64,000 nt of DNA from Octopus vulgaris. Taxonomy: Eukaryota. The stretch is from positions 20,646,001 to 20,710,000 of the forward strand of contig OX597830.1 of assembly GCA_951406725.2 (NCBI GenBank), given 5' to 3'. A model generated the notes under the pieces. The model made no database searches and was not told where the DNA came from. It saw only the letters and a program-made list of their open reading frames with translations. Both the position numbers and the translations under genes were made by a program. Shown here piece by piece: positions 28,257 to 41,074 of this stretch (positions within the stretch are counted from its first letter, which is position 1; each line of letters opens with the position of its first letter).

Positions 28257-28766
28257 CAGATTAAGGTAAACCCACTGATTGACAGAGCTAAATGGTGGAA
28301 GTTTCTCTACAGTGACACTATTTCCTTTCATAGATGTCTCCAGGACGGAGCAGTGTGGTCATGCAGAGCACATTGCTTCTTCGGTTCGGTTCCAATGGGG
28401 GCACACCATCAAAGTGGAAACATAGACCTGCTCTCAATATCTTCATGTAACCGGTTATAAGTAACAACAACAGGAACCGAAGTAAGGGATTCAATGTAGC
28501 TGTTCAGTTCCCTAGAAATTGAAGCTAGATCCTCAACCTTACTGGTTTAAGGAATTAATATATTCTATAATGTGGTCCTACAAATCTCTGATAATGGATG
28601 GTATTCTCATGTCTAGAATTATTTTTACCATACGAATGCCTATGGTAGACATGGCGTTAAAAACAACAGCAGCTAAAATAATAACAATGACAACAAAATG
28701 AAGAGATGTAGCAGTGAGGGAAATCTATCATATTTTGATCAATTAAAGAAATATTCAAAGCCAATC

Positions 28767-28987
28767 CAATGATATTCATTTTTGTAAATGAAAAATGGCT
28801 AACGTACTACGCAAACTTAACAGCGAGTAAGCGAACGCCTAATGTCGTTCATGGAAGAAAGTTAAACAAACAACGCCATCTCTCGGCGAAGCAAAAAGAC
28901 ATTCATTAATATTAGATAAATCTTGGCGACCTCTACTTAAATATAATCGCATTTGTCTAAATTGCATGGCTTCGGGTCGATGACAAA
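28767..28987 (-). repeat. Right arm of ~220-bp inverted repeat
   Basis: Reverse complement of 27219-27441. Confidence 0.9.
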
Positions 28988-29445
28988 ACAAGAGTTTCGT
29001 TTTGTGCTTGCTTTGTTTCGTTTTTTTTTTTTTTTGTTTTTGATTTTTTTTTTTGCTTGCTTTTCCTTTTTAAATAACAACCAGTCTCCGAGAAAATAAG
29101 TAGTGACATACAATGAGCAAAAGTCTCTCAGTAAAACTCACAAAATTAGGCGTGGCTGCGTGGTAAGAATTTTTCTCCTCAAGCACAAATTTCTGGGTTC
29201 AGTTTTAGTGAGAGAATATTGGGCCGATCTCATCAATGCCTTCTGAGAGAATTTGGTGGAAGAAAGCTCTGTGGAAACGTCGTGTACACCGAAACACCAG
29301 CTGGCTAGAGAGTGGAAGTAAAAACACCCAACTTAACCAATAGTCTCGCTTGCTACACTAATTTTATTGTTATTATCAGTTATTTAGATTTGGCGCTGAT
29401 AATAATAACAATAATAAAAATAACAATAATAATAATAATAATAAC

Positions 29446-29555
<110 letters not shown>

Positions 29556-29565
29556 TAATAATAAC

Positions 29566-29678
<113 letters not shown>

Positions 29679-29712
29679 TAATAATAATAATAATAATAAT
29701 AACAATAATAAC

Positions 29713-29803
<91 letters not shown>

Positions 29804-29806
<3 letters not shown>

Positions 29807-30360
29807 GCCCTGATGCAGTACCAGGCAGTGGCTCTCATGGCTTCTGATCTTAACTGATTGGAAGTGTTATCATGTACATTGTTTTGTCTTGGTATAAAAG
29901 ATGGGCTACAGCAAATATTCTGCTCAATACCACAGATTTGCTTGTCAGTTGTTTGACTGTAACCAGTTGAGCATGTAACTTAGTGGCTGACGATATGCGC
30001 ATTTCTGATCACGAGCAGAAGTAGTGGGGGAGCATCATAGCCATGTGTTGAGAGGGATTCTTTGGGGTTTGAATAATTCACCTCTGGAAACATGGGTGTT
30101 TCGTTCAACATCCTTAAATAACCCTTATTCAGGGACCTTTTGAGTGGGATGGGCTACTCGATCTGAAGAAAATTCTAACTGGGCTCCACCTGCAAGGTCA
30201 TGTGCTGTTTATCTTGATATGAGATCACTATGTCGCGCACATTTGGTTGTGATGCATGTGCCTGGTGTACCCTTATCAGACGGGTAGTCATGATGGGTAT
30301 ATTGGGCCTCGTATATTTTACCCTAGTGTCACTTTGATGGCATGCACTGCTCTCTCACTC
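29804..30360 (+). mobile_element. ~550-bp non-coding retro-like element embedded in (AAT)n, copy 2
   Basis: Matches 1394-1925. Preceded by ~400 bp of (AAT)n and ends CTCTCACTC(AAT)n. Confidence 0.85.
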
Positions 30361-30467
30361 AATAATAATAATAATAATAACATCTTTACAAGTATTTGTT
30401 TTAAATATTTATTCATTCTTATATGTGCGTGCGTGTGTGTGTGAATATATATATGCATGTATGTATG

Positions 30468-30539
<72 letters not shown>

Positions 30540-30542
<3 letters not shown>

Positions 30543-30672
30543 CTCCGGGTTCAGTCCCACTACATGATAGCACCTTGGACAAGGGTCTTCTGCTACAGCC
30601 TTGGGCCGACTAAAGCCTTGTGAGTGGATTTGTTAGACGGAGACTGAAAGAAGCCCGTCGTATATGTATATA

Positions 30673-30708
<36 letters not shown>

Positions 30709-30915
30709 TACGTATGTCTGTTGATATTAATATATTAATATATTAATATATTAATATATATATGTGCGTCTTTCCGCCTGTGCTTGTCCCCACTCCCATC
30801 GCTTGACAACCGGTAATGGTATGTTTACTTCCCCGTAACCTAGCGCTTCAGCAGAAGGAACCGATAGAATAAGTAGTACCAGGCTTATAGAGAATCAGTC
30901 CTGGGGTCGGTTTAT
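30540..30915 (+). mobile_element. SINE group B (5' and 3' truncated)
   Basis: B-box GGTTCAGTCCC, CORE-like CCTTGGACAAG, internal microsatellite. Confidence 0.8.
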
Positions 30916-31107
30916 GGTGACCAAATGTTCGTACCACTCATTAGCTCACTGACTCCATCAAATCGGAAGGTGTACTGTGCGTCAGGTGCCGAAATGATGT
31001 AAGATGGAGTGTTTTGCTCCGGAACACGAAGCACCACCCGCTCTAGGAATTGAAACCATGATCGTCAGATCGTGAGTGCAACACGTTAACCACTAGGCCA
31101 TGCACCG

Positions 31108-31217
<110 letters not shown>

Positions 31218-31357
31218 TATAATATATTTATAAAAAAGAAGTTTGAAAACTCCACTATATAAGATGAATTTTTATTTTCTGAGAGATTTTACGTTTCGGT
31301 TCTTCTTGAGAAAACGAACCTTATCAAAAATATTTTTAAAAGTTAAGTGTAATAAGA

Positions 31358-31501
31358 AAAGTTCATAATTATTTCTCACTGGACTCAACAGAGTCCACGT
31401 GGTGGTGTTTTGTGTGTGGGAAAGACAGCCATTATGTCCCCACGCATAAAATACCACCACGTCGACTCTGTTGAGACTAGTAAGAAATAATTATGAACTT
31501 T
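31358..31501. repeat. ~144-bp hairpin (MITE or structured RNA)
   Basis: ~62-bp arms AAAGTTCATAATTATTTCT...GTGTGTGGG and CCCACGCAT...AGAAATAATTATGAACTTT. Confidence 0.8.
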
Positions 31502-31839
31502 GCTGTCAGAATGCAAAGAACCACAACAACTACCGCGCGGTACCTCAACCGATTCTCTAGCCGTTCTTCCAATTCACCGCCATGTATCGGTATGTTTTTT
31601 GCTTTTATGGACCCCACCCCCGAAAGGACGAAATGCAAAGTAGTCCTTGGTAGAAACTGAACTTAGAATACAGAGAGTCGGAATGAATACTGCTCGGCAT
31701 CTCGCTTGACCCTCAATCAGTTCTACCAATCCACTGTCCTAGGTTGAGTGTTATTTTCTATCGATCCCGAAAAGAAATGTATGCACACACTATAAACAGG
31801 TACAAGCTTCTATTTTTCTTTTTGGAATAAAAGGCATCG

Positions 31840-31879
31840 ATCTCTGATGAGACGTTATGCAACTTGAAACCAATCAGAT
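31840..31879 (+). ncRNA. Degenerate minimal hammerhead ribozyme motif
   Basis: ATCT-CTGATGA-GACGTT ATGC AACTT-GAAAC CAA TC-AGAT. Confidence 0.5.
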
Positions 31880-31969
31880 TAATTTATTTTTCCGGATACG
31901 GACACTAAAATCAGTGGCTCTAACTACTTCATCGAGTTTTCACATTGTTAAATTGCTTTGCTGTTCAAC

Positions 31970-32257
31970 CATCCATCTATCCACCCATCTTCACTGCCTA
32001 ATATGCTTGGCGGGGCGTGGGGGACGGGTGAATTGTGAAGTTAGAGGCTCCACGCACTTCTTCCATAGGGTCCTATCAAAAGCGACAGTCATAAGACTTT
32101 CCGGCTGGATTCTTAAGCGTAACCAAATGAGACTACGGATCTGATCCATCCTGTTCTTGGTCTAACTTTAGATATATCTTTAGGTCTATCTTCCCGCCTC
32201 CTATCAGTTGCCTCAGTTTGAAAAATCTATTTTGCTATTCTTTCGTGCAACACTCTT
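31970..32257 (-). mobile_element. Decayed RTE-clade LINE 3' end
   Basis: Broken translation ...HERIAK...RPRT(R)WMDQIRSLIWLRLRIQPESLMTVAFDRTLWKKCVEPL resembles the RTE/Rex3 C-terminus. (GATG)-like tail. Confidence 0.65.
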
Positions 32258-32598
32258 AATTACAAGTCCGTTGTTCCGGAGATGTGGCTTCTAAATGCGG
32301 GGAAGAAGCGACTCGACTTGAGAAGCTAGCGAAATAGAAAATTACATCTTGATCAATTGTATGAACTGTTTCAAACCAATCAAGTAAGGTTCGCCTAGCG
32401 TTTTGAATTATACTCAAAACAGAAAATTTTACGGTGTAATCAATGTTTATCAATTAGTTAGCGCTGCCAGTGTTTGTAATATTATGCAAATCAGGGAAAC
32501 CAATTTAGTTCTGTATGAGCATGTAATAAAACTTCAGTGTACTCAGGTCGTACGTACATACACACACATACATACACACATACATACATACATACATA

Positions 32599-32703
32599 CA
32601 TACTCTTTTACAAGTTTCAGTCATTTGACTGCGACCATGCTGCGGCATCACCAGTGCTCCAGCATGGCCGCAGTCAAATGACAGAAACAAGTAAAAGAGT
32701 ATA
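32599..32703. repeat. Hairpin made of two inverted SINE-B tails
   Basis: TATACTCTTTTAC...CAGTCATTTGACTGCG.CCATGCTG pairs with CAGCATGGCCGCAGTCAAATGAC...GTAAAAGAGTATA. Confidence 0.85.
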
Positions 32704-33115
32704 TACTTACATATACATATCTATGTATGTATGCATGTATGTATATGTGCATTGAACCCGGAACCATGTGGTTGAGAAGCAAGCTTCTTACCACACAGCC
32801 ACGTGGCACACAGCCACGCCTGCTTCCACGCTTCCCGATTATAAGATGGCCACTCTGTTATGTCAAGTAATTCTTCTTCATGAAGCTTTTTGATTTGAGG
32901 AGAGGCCCTCTGCGTAACTGACCCCACTCTTTGCATAACGATGACAGATACCCCAAAAAAGAGCAATGACCCTAAACAACAATGACCCCAAAAAGAGGAA
33001 TTAGTCAATATCATTAGTTGCCAATATCAACGTATTAGAAAAATTAAGAATGATTCGGTTTATAATGGTTTTCCACTTTAATGACTAGACGTTTGTAAAT
33101 CGCTATCGTATGTGA

Positions 33116-33197
33116 GGTAGCGTGGCCGAGTGGTCTAAGGCGCTGGTTTTAGGCACCAGTCTCTTCGGAGGCGTGGGTTCGAATCCCATCGCTGCCA
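33116..33197 (+). tRNA. trnL-TAG: tRNA-Leu, anticodon TAG
   Basis: 82 nt. Acceptor GGTAGCG/CGCTGCC plus discriminator A, D-arm TGGCCGAGTGGTCTAAGGC, anticodon arm CTGGT-TTTAGGC-ACCAG, long variable arm CTC-TTCG-GAG, T-arm GTGGG-TTCGAAT-CCCAT. Confidence 0.97.
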
Positions 33198-33204
33198 ACT
33201 CAAA

Positions 33205-33209
33205 TTTTT
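33205..33209 (+). terminator. Pol III oligo-T terminator of tRNA-Leu
   Basis: TTTTT 8 nt after the tRNA, followed by further T runs. Confidence 0.7.
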
Positions 33210-33479
33210 CTTTTAGGTTTTTTTTTGTTTTGTTTTTGTTTTTTTTTTCATTTGGTAGAGTAGGTGGATTTATTTTCAATTTATAAATTACAAAGATATT
33301 AGAAAAGAAGGCAAAATTTACATCAGATTTGGTCCACTTTGTAAACGGAAAGATCGGCGATTTGTATGCAACCATCATGAAAGTGGAAAATATTCATCAG
33401 AAAAGACATTCCTCTTCATTTTCCTTATATGTATGTGTGTGTGTGCGCGCGCGCGCGTGTGTGTGTGTGTGTGTGTGTG

Positions 33480-33680
33480 CAGTTGAAATTTATAGAAAAA
33501 CAAAAGACGAAGACAGGTGTATGAACAACAAGCAAGTGTTTTAGTTTGACGCTCGGAAAAATGAAAAAAGCCTTTTACATTTCGAGCCTACGCTCTTCAG
33601 CAGGAAGGAATAAGAGAAAATAGACAGACAGAGAGAGAGTGAAAAAATACTTGTAGATTGCAGCGGTCCAGCATGGTGAC
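33480..33680 (-). mobile_element. Short hammerhead-bearing element (PLE pLTR/retrozyme-like), family H1
   Basis: Homologous to 50750-50930. Motif 33572-33607 reads CTTC-CTGCTGA-A-GAGC GTAG GCTC-GAAATGTA-AAAG. Confidence 0.65.
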
Positions 33681-33965
33681 TTTACGATGAAAGGGTACGA
33701 AACTCCAATTTTCTTTTCTTTGTTTTTTATCCGTTTTTAATCATTCATAGTCTTCTCATTCCACTTATTGCATTAATCTTTCTCGACGTTTTTTTTCTCT
33801 CCGAGGTCTTCAATGAAGTAGCATCCTAATTTTCAAATAGAACAAACGATATTCTAGAGCCTGATGATTGCTTGGTGACACAAGGCACATTATTAAAAAC
33901 TTCTCTAACCATGTGTCTTAATGGCGAGAAACGATTTGTAGTTCTTATTTTAACACAGTACAATT

Positions 33966-34013
<48 letters not shown>

Positions 34014-34019
<6 letters not shown>

Positions 34020-34205
34020 ATCCAAACAAGAAAGCACAAAAAAACGCAACAACGCGAGGACGTGGAACAAATATAGTTTTATTGGACGCTCAGGAAAGAA
34101 GGAAAGAAGGAGGGTTTAACGTTTCGAGCGGAGCTCTTCGTCGGAAACATAGGAGAAGGGAAGACAGAGGGAAAAAAATCGCCAACGGTACACACGAGGT
34201 CACGT
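34014..34205 (-). mobile_element. Short hammerhead-bearing element, family H2
   Basis: Homologous to 60372-60573. Motif 34114-34148 reads GTTT-CCGACGA-A-GAGC TCC GCTC-GAAACGTT-AAAC. Abuts (TA)n. Confidence 0.7.
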
Positions 34206-34471
34206 TTTGAAAGACCGGAAGGAAAAGGGTGAAGAGGTGTAAGTGGTGGCGACACAAGTGGAAAAATGGCCGTAGAAGAAGTAAGGTAAAAAAGGACGAG
34301 GAAAAATTGGTAGAATCACACACACATATATATATATTTATATATATATATATTAATAAAGATTAATCAGCCGAAATTACGAGGATGATCCGGTTCTTCA
34401 TTGAAGATTAAAGGTTTCGAATAACCCGTCCGTGATTTTCGTATCGTCTATTGTCCCATTTTGTGTTTATA

Positions 34472-34543
<72 letters not shown>

Positions 34544-34596
34544 CATACATACATACATACATACATACATACATACATACATACATACATACATAC

Positions 34597-34649
<53 letters not shown>

Positions 34650-34756
34650 CCGAAGAGGAATTGTATAGTATTTGATATACCTTTATTTATCTATATTGTT
34701 CAAATAATGCCACTGTCCATTGTGTTATTTCTCTCAGCTCATTTTGCTTAATTAAA

Positions 34757-34844
<88 letters not shown>

Positions 34845-35134
34845 CTGCATGTTTGTATACTTACACACGCATATGCACCTGTCCGTAACATATAAGAATT
34901 CAATGGTCTTCCCTCATTGTCTTGGAAGATGTTCCATCTTGATTTGACATTGTGATGAAACCAAATGAGAAAACACGTCTGCAACGTAAGACAGAAGAAG
35001 CGCGCGATTCATTGGCGCGTTGATGCGTTTCTGTTCCTAATGGGTGGTCAATAAATGAGGTTTAATGTGTGTGTGTGTGTATGCATATATAAATTATATA
35101 TGTGTGTATGTATGTATGTATGTATGTATGTATG

Positions 35135-35206
<72 letters not shown>

Positions 35207-35231
35207 CATATATATGTACATACATATATAC

Positions 35232-35284
<53 letters not shown>

Positions 35285-35443
35285 GGTATATATATATACA
35301 TATATATGTACATACATATATACGTACATATATGCATATACATTTATACATATATATGTGTGTATGCATATATATGCACATATACATATATATATATGTA
35401 TGCATGTATATGTATGGGTATATATTTATATATATACATATAC

Positions 35444-35503
<60 letters not shown>

Positions 35504-35506
<3 letters not shown>

Positions 35507-36505
35507 GTACATTACTGCAAAGTGAAAATATTTGCTGATGACACTAAGCTCCAGCAAATCGTCAATGAAGAAGCAGACCAAACTCAACTCCAGTCTGATC
35601 TATATGCTGTGAGTCAATGGGCAGACAGAAACAAAATGCAACTGAATGAGGGAAAATTTGAGCTGATGCATTTTGGAAGAAATTCCTCACTAAAACAACC
35701 ATACTCTCTTCCTTCAGGGGAACCGCTCACAGCCTCTAACAATATCAGAGACCTGGGTGTAATTGTTGATGACGATCTCAGTTGGAGTGCACACATCAAC
35801 AAGAAGGTCGATATAGCTCGTAGGATGAGTTCCTGGATCTTAAGAACTTTCCGGTCCAGAGAACAAGGTGTCATCATACCACTTTTTTCCTCCTTTGTAC
35901 GGCCACACCTTGAATACTGCTGCCCACTGTGGTCTCCTCACACAAGACAAAACATCTCCAGAATTGAGTCACCCCAGAGGGCACTCACTAAACAAATTGA
36001 AGGCATGGCTGCTCTCGATTATTGGGATCGCCTTAAAGCCTTGAAACTTTACTCCCTCCAGCGTCGCCGTGAGCGGTACATCATTTGTACGATGTGGAAA
36101 ATATAACGCCAACTTTGCCCAAACGACCTAAACATTAGCTTCAAGGTTCATCCAAGACTTGGACCACGGACTATACGTCCCCTGCCCAATTCAAGATCAC
36201 AACATACATGTACACTGCAACATAATTTCCTTTCCTCAACAGGCCCTGCCCTATTTAACATTGTCCCGAGGGAGATCAAAGAGGAAAAGGATCCCATCAA
36301 CTTTAAACAGAGTCTGGATAGATTCCTTCAAAGAATACCAGATAAGCCACCCATAATTGGATACAACTCACCCAACAAGAACTCACTACTTGAACAAAAC
36401 TTGACTTGAACAGGATTCGAATAATCCTATCAGGTGGTGCTATTAAGTTAGACATGGCCTGGACCAATCTTTGGTCGAAACATATCTAAGTTTATCTAAG
36501 TTTAT
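35504..36505 (+). mobile_element. 5'-truncated CR1-group LINE (RT C-terminal half plus 3' UTR)
   Basis: Motifs FADDTKL, LQSDL, RDLGVIVD, VRPHLEYC..LWSP, LYSLQRRRER. One in-frame TAA at 36104-36106, frame continues to TGA at 36407-36409. Tail (TATCTAAGTT)x2. Confidence 0.92.
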
Positions 36506-36559
36506 ATGCATGTATACCTATGTATATGTTTGTATATATATATATATATATAACGATAA

Positions 36560-36845
36560 AGTCGCCCTTTTCAAGCCTAGCCAGGCTCATGGGTCCAGTT
36601 TCCCGGTTTCTGTGGCGTATGTGATCCTCCCAGCTGGACGGGACGCCAATCTATCGCAGCGTTACTCAAGAAACAGGAAGAAAGAGTGAGAGAAAGTTGT
36701 GGTGAAAGAGTACAACAGGGGTCGACACCACCCCCTGACGGAGCCTCGTGGAGCTTTTAGGTGTTTTCGTTCAATAAACACACAAAACGCCCGGCCTGGG
36801 AATCGAAACTGCGATCCTCCAACCGTGAGTCCGCTACCCTAACTA
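36560..36845 (-). mobile_element. tRNA-derived SINE (group C variant, V-domain-like)
   Basis: B-box GTTTCGATTCCC on the minus strand. Centre and tail shared with 50495-50710. Confidence 0.7.
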
Positions 36846-37027
36846 TTCTTTTACTTGTTTCAGTCATTGAACTGCAGCCATGTTGGAGCACCGCCTTCAG
36901 TCGAACAAATAGACCCCAGGACTTATTCTTTGTAAGCCCAGTACTTATTCTATCGGTCGCTTTTGCCGAGCCGCTAAGTTACGGGGACGTGAACACGCCA
37001 GCATCGGTTGTCAAGTGACTGGGGGAA

Positions 37028-37098
<71 letters not shown>

Positions 37099-37289
37099 TA
37101 CATATACATATATATGTATATATATATGACGTGCTTCTTTCAGTTTCTGTCTACCAAATCCACTCACAAGGCTTTGGTCGACCCGAAGCTGTAGTAGAAG
37201 ACACTTACCCAAGGTGCCGCGCAGTGGGACTGAGCCCGGAACCATGTGGTTGGTAAGCAAGCTACTTATCACACACCCACTCCTGCGCC
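36846..37289 (-). mobile_element. Full-length SINE group B
   Basis: Homology to 5941-6352. Confidence 0.9.
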
Positions 37290-37929
37290 TACATATCTAT
37301 ATATAACGCGCATATGTGCATATGTGCATGCATGTTTGCGTCTATATATATATAATATAGTATATACATATATGTCTGTATGTAAATATATATTTATGTA
37401 TATATGTGTATATATGTATGTAAGTATATCTAAATATGCATATGTTAGATGTGACGTAAGGTAATATTTAATATATTAGGAATATAAATGTTTAACTACA
37501 GCCTTATTTTGCAGACAAGTCGCATATAAGTGTGTTTTGTGTGTGTAAGAATTATACAAAACGTGTATATACAATTATACAAGGTGTATATATGCGTGTT
37601 TGTGCGCACGCGCGTGAGTAATCGATGTCCTTCCTCCCTTTTCGCTCTCCGTCTAACAACCGCACCGCCAACAGCACCACCACCACCATCGGCACATACC
37701 ACCACAGCCTTCCGCCCCACCCCTTCTGACTAAGTGGCAACCACCTCTCCCTTCCTCTCCAGCTTCGCCTCCCACCTTCTATCTTTTTGATAAACCGCCA
37801 TGTGCTCCCACCTTGAGGCACCGCTCCACCGCATATAACGACCACCACCTCCAACAACTGCTGCCCCCTCGTTTTGTATGACACGTGACCACCACCACCA
37901 CCCCTCCCCTATCGTAAACAATGCTGCTA

Positions 37930-39150
37930 CTACAACTGTCACCACTACTAACGCTTCTACCACTAACCAGTATTAACCCGGCCAGCACAACCACCCAAGT
38001 CTACCGCCCATACTATCACCAACAGTACAACAATCACCTCCATCACCACCTCCATTATTACCATCAATACCACCACCATCACCACTACAATCATCACCAT
38101 CATCTCCACCATCATCACCATTCCAACCATCACCACCATCACAACCGCCACCGTCACCAACACTATCATCACCACCACCATCATCTCCACCATCATCACC
38201 ACCACCGTCACCGCCACCATCACTGCCACCAACACCATCACCGCCAACACCATCACCACTGCAGTCACCATCACCATCATCTCCACCATCATCACCACCA
38301 CCATCAATGCCACCATCACCGCCAACAGCATCACAACCACCACCATCACCACTAACAACACCATCACTATACTGTCAACACTCATATCCTCCACCATAAC
38401 CAATACTACCTCCGCAACTACACCGCCACAACCACCAAGATCACCACTACAATTACCATACCATCATTACTCCTACAAACACCATTCAATACCATCAGAA
38501 CGATCGCTATAATGGTCGTAAACGCCTTACCGACACCACCGCCATTGCGTATTCCCGTAATACTACTACAGCCATACTTAGTTTATTACTACAACCACTA
38601 CTACAGCTATGCTAACACCACTACCACTACAACAACACTCTCTGGTACTACCACCACCATCACCACCACCACAACAACAATAACAACAACGGACACCCGC
38701 CACAGTATCTCCGTATTTACTACTACCCCTTACCGTCGACACAGCAACCACTACCACTACTACTACTACTTCTACTACTACCACCACCACCACCACCACA
38801 TATTCTATTACTACCACTACTACTACTTGGACCCTCACCATCACCACTACCATTACCACCGTCAACTTCACCACTACTACTACTACCACCACCACTGCTG
38901 CTACTACAATTATGATTAATTAGCACCACCACTACAGCAGCTACAACAACCATTATAACCGCTACTGCTACTACTACTACTACTACTACTACTACAGTTC
39001 TTGCAATCAAGCCAGCACCAGCATCACAACCACTACTATCATTAGCCTCAAACGTCACTACCACCACCATCACACACACACACACACATATGCAGACTCT
39101 TCCACCACCCCAACCACCATGCTCACCACCCTCCACAGCCACCGCCCATA
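37930..39150. repeat. Degenerate (CAC/CAT/TAC)n low-complexity region
   Basis: Directly visible. Confidence 0.85.
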
Positions 39151-39936
39151 CCGTTGTGTTTTATCAAACATCTTAACTGGGACAGAATTTGTAACAAATG
39201 TCAAATATTTATTGTCTGACCTAATAGAACTGTCAATGACGGCCATGTTTATATAACGCACACGTGTCTCGAGATTGTGCGTGTGTGTACGTGTATTTAC
39301 ATGTGTGTACGTACACGTATGTCAGTGTGCATTGTGTATGAGTGTGCATGTATGTGTGCATATGTGTGCATATACACACACATATATATATGTATATATA
39401 TATACATACATACATATATATATATAAACATACATATATATACGTATGTATGCGTGTGTACATATATATATACATACCTACATACATATATACAAACATA
39501 CATATATATATGTATGTATGTGTACATATGTAAACGTTAAAAAAAACACAAACTGGGACAAGAACGTGAAACATTTTGAAGACGACAAAAAAACACACAC
39601 AGACGAAGCTCTCAGTCATCAGTCAAGAACCAGATCATCTTCGCAATTTCGGCTGATGTATGTGTATATATATATATATATGATATAAATAATATACAAA
39701 TATATGCATATATACATACATATATGGACATACCTACATATATATGTATACATACACGAATATATGGGTACAGGACATAAAAAACGTGAACAAAATGAGA
39801 AACATAAACATAGAAAATAAACATTTTTCCGAACAACGAAAGAAACAAACAGAAATGAGACAGCAACATAAAGAACATTCCCTTCATCAGTTGTCCTCTG
39901 TTTTATCTACTCTGCGCTTCGAAGGTAGGGACATAT

Positions 39937-40050
<114 letters not shown>

Positions 40051-40189
40051 GAAAGTTGGTTTGTGAAAGCACGTGGGTGAATATATAGAAAATAGTAAAG
40101 AGTGAAAAAACGACAGAAGGCTTAAATGTTAAAAAATATATATATATTTGCGTCAATATGTCAGAAGAATATTAGAAAAAATTTTTTTT

Positions 40190-40710
40190 TTTTCTCTTAT
40201 AATGACATAATTTAAAAGAAAGACCGGTTTCGCGTGTAGCTTTTCAAATTTCTTGTGACGTTATGTTTATGTTGAATAGAGTTATCGTTGTGTTTATGTT
40301 CCGGAGAGTTCTAAATAAGGGGAGGTAGTGGGTGATTTCTTCCGGTGTAAGGGAGATAATCGCTTAAAAATTTTTTTTAAATTTTTTCCTTTCCCTTGAT
40401 GTGAATTTCTCTGTATCAGTATGTTCGGATGGTTGAGTCTGGGCTTGTACTTTTCAATGAAGAATGTTTCCTTGTTTAGTCTAATTTGTGTTGATGATCC
40501 GAAAGCACATTGGTAAAATGGAAAGATTAAAAATTGTGGTAGTAGTTGCTTTGCGCATTTCTCAATGTGCTCACTAAAAGGTATCATTCTATATTCTGGG
40601 AATGCAATCTGTTGTCGATGCAGTGTGCATCTACGTCTGAGTGATAGTCCCGTGGAACCCACGTAGTCTTGGTGGCAGCCCAAGCATTTTATGACATAAA
40701 TTGTGTTTTC
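40190..40710 (-). mobile_element. Penelope-like element 3' fragment: GIY-YIG endonuclease plus pLTR with decayed hammerhead
   Basis: ENTIYVIKCLGCHQDYVGSTGLSLRRRCTLH...SEHI...RLNKETFFIEKYKPRLN (GIY-YIG with CxxC between the IY and YVG motifs, as in PLEs). Downstream 40218-40252 reads GAAAT-TTGAAAA-GC TACAC GC-GAAACCGGTC-TTTC. Confidence 0.85.
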
Positions 40711-41008
40711 GTCTGCCGCTACGTTCTGAGTTCAAATTCCGCCGAGGTCGACTTCGCCTTTCATCTTTTTGGGGTCGATTAAATAAGTACCAGTTAGCAC
40801 TGGGGTCAATATAATCGACTTAATCCCTTTGTCTGTCCTTGTTTGTCCTCTCTGTGTTTAGCCTCATATAGGCAATAAAGAAGCACACGCACACACACAC
40901 ATAAATATATCTAGAACACACACCTATATGCGTATAAGCAGGACACACTTTTACTACTTACAGCTACACACACACACACACACACACACGCGCGCACATG
41001 GAAATAGG

Positions 41009-41074
<66 letters not shown>

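Noticed and set aside
37921-38355. His-rich 144-aa ORF
   Set aside because: Degenerate (CAC/CAT)n repeat that is open in several frames.
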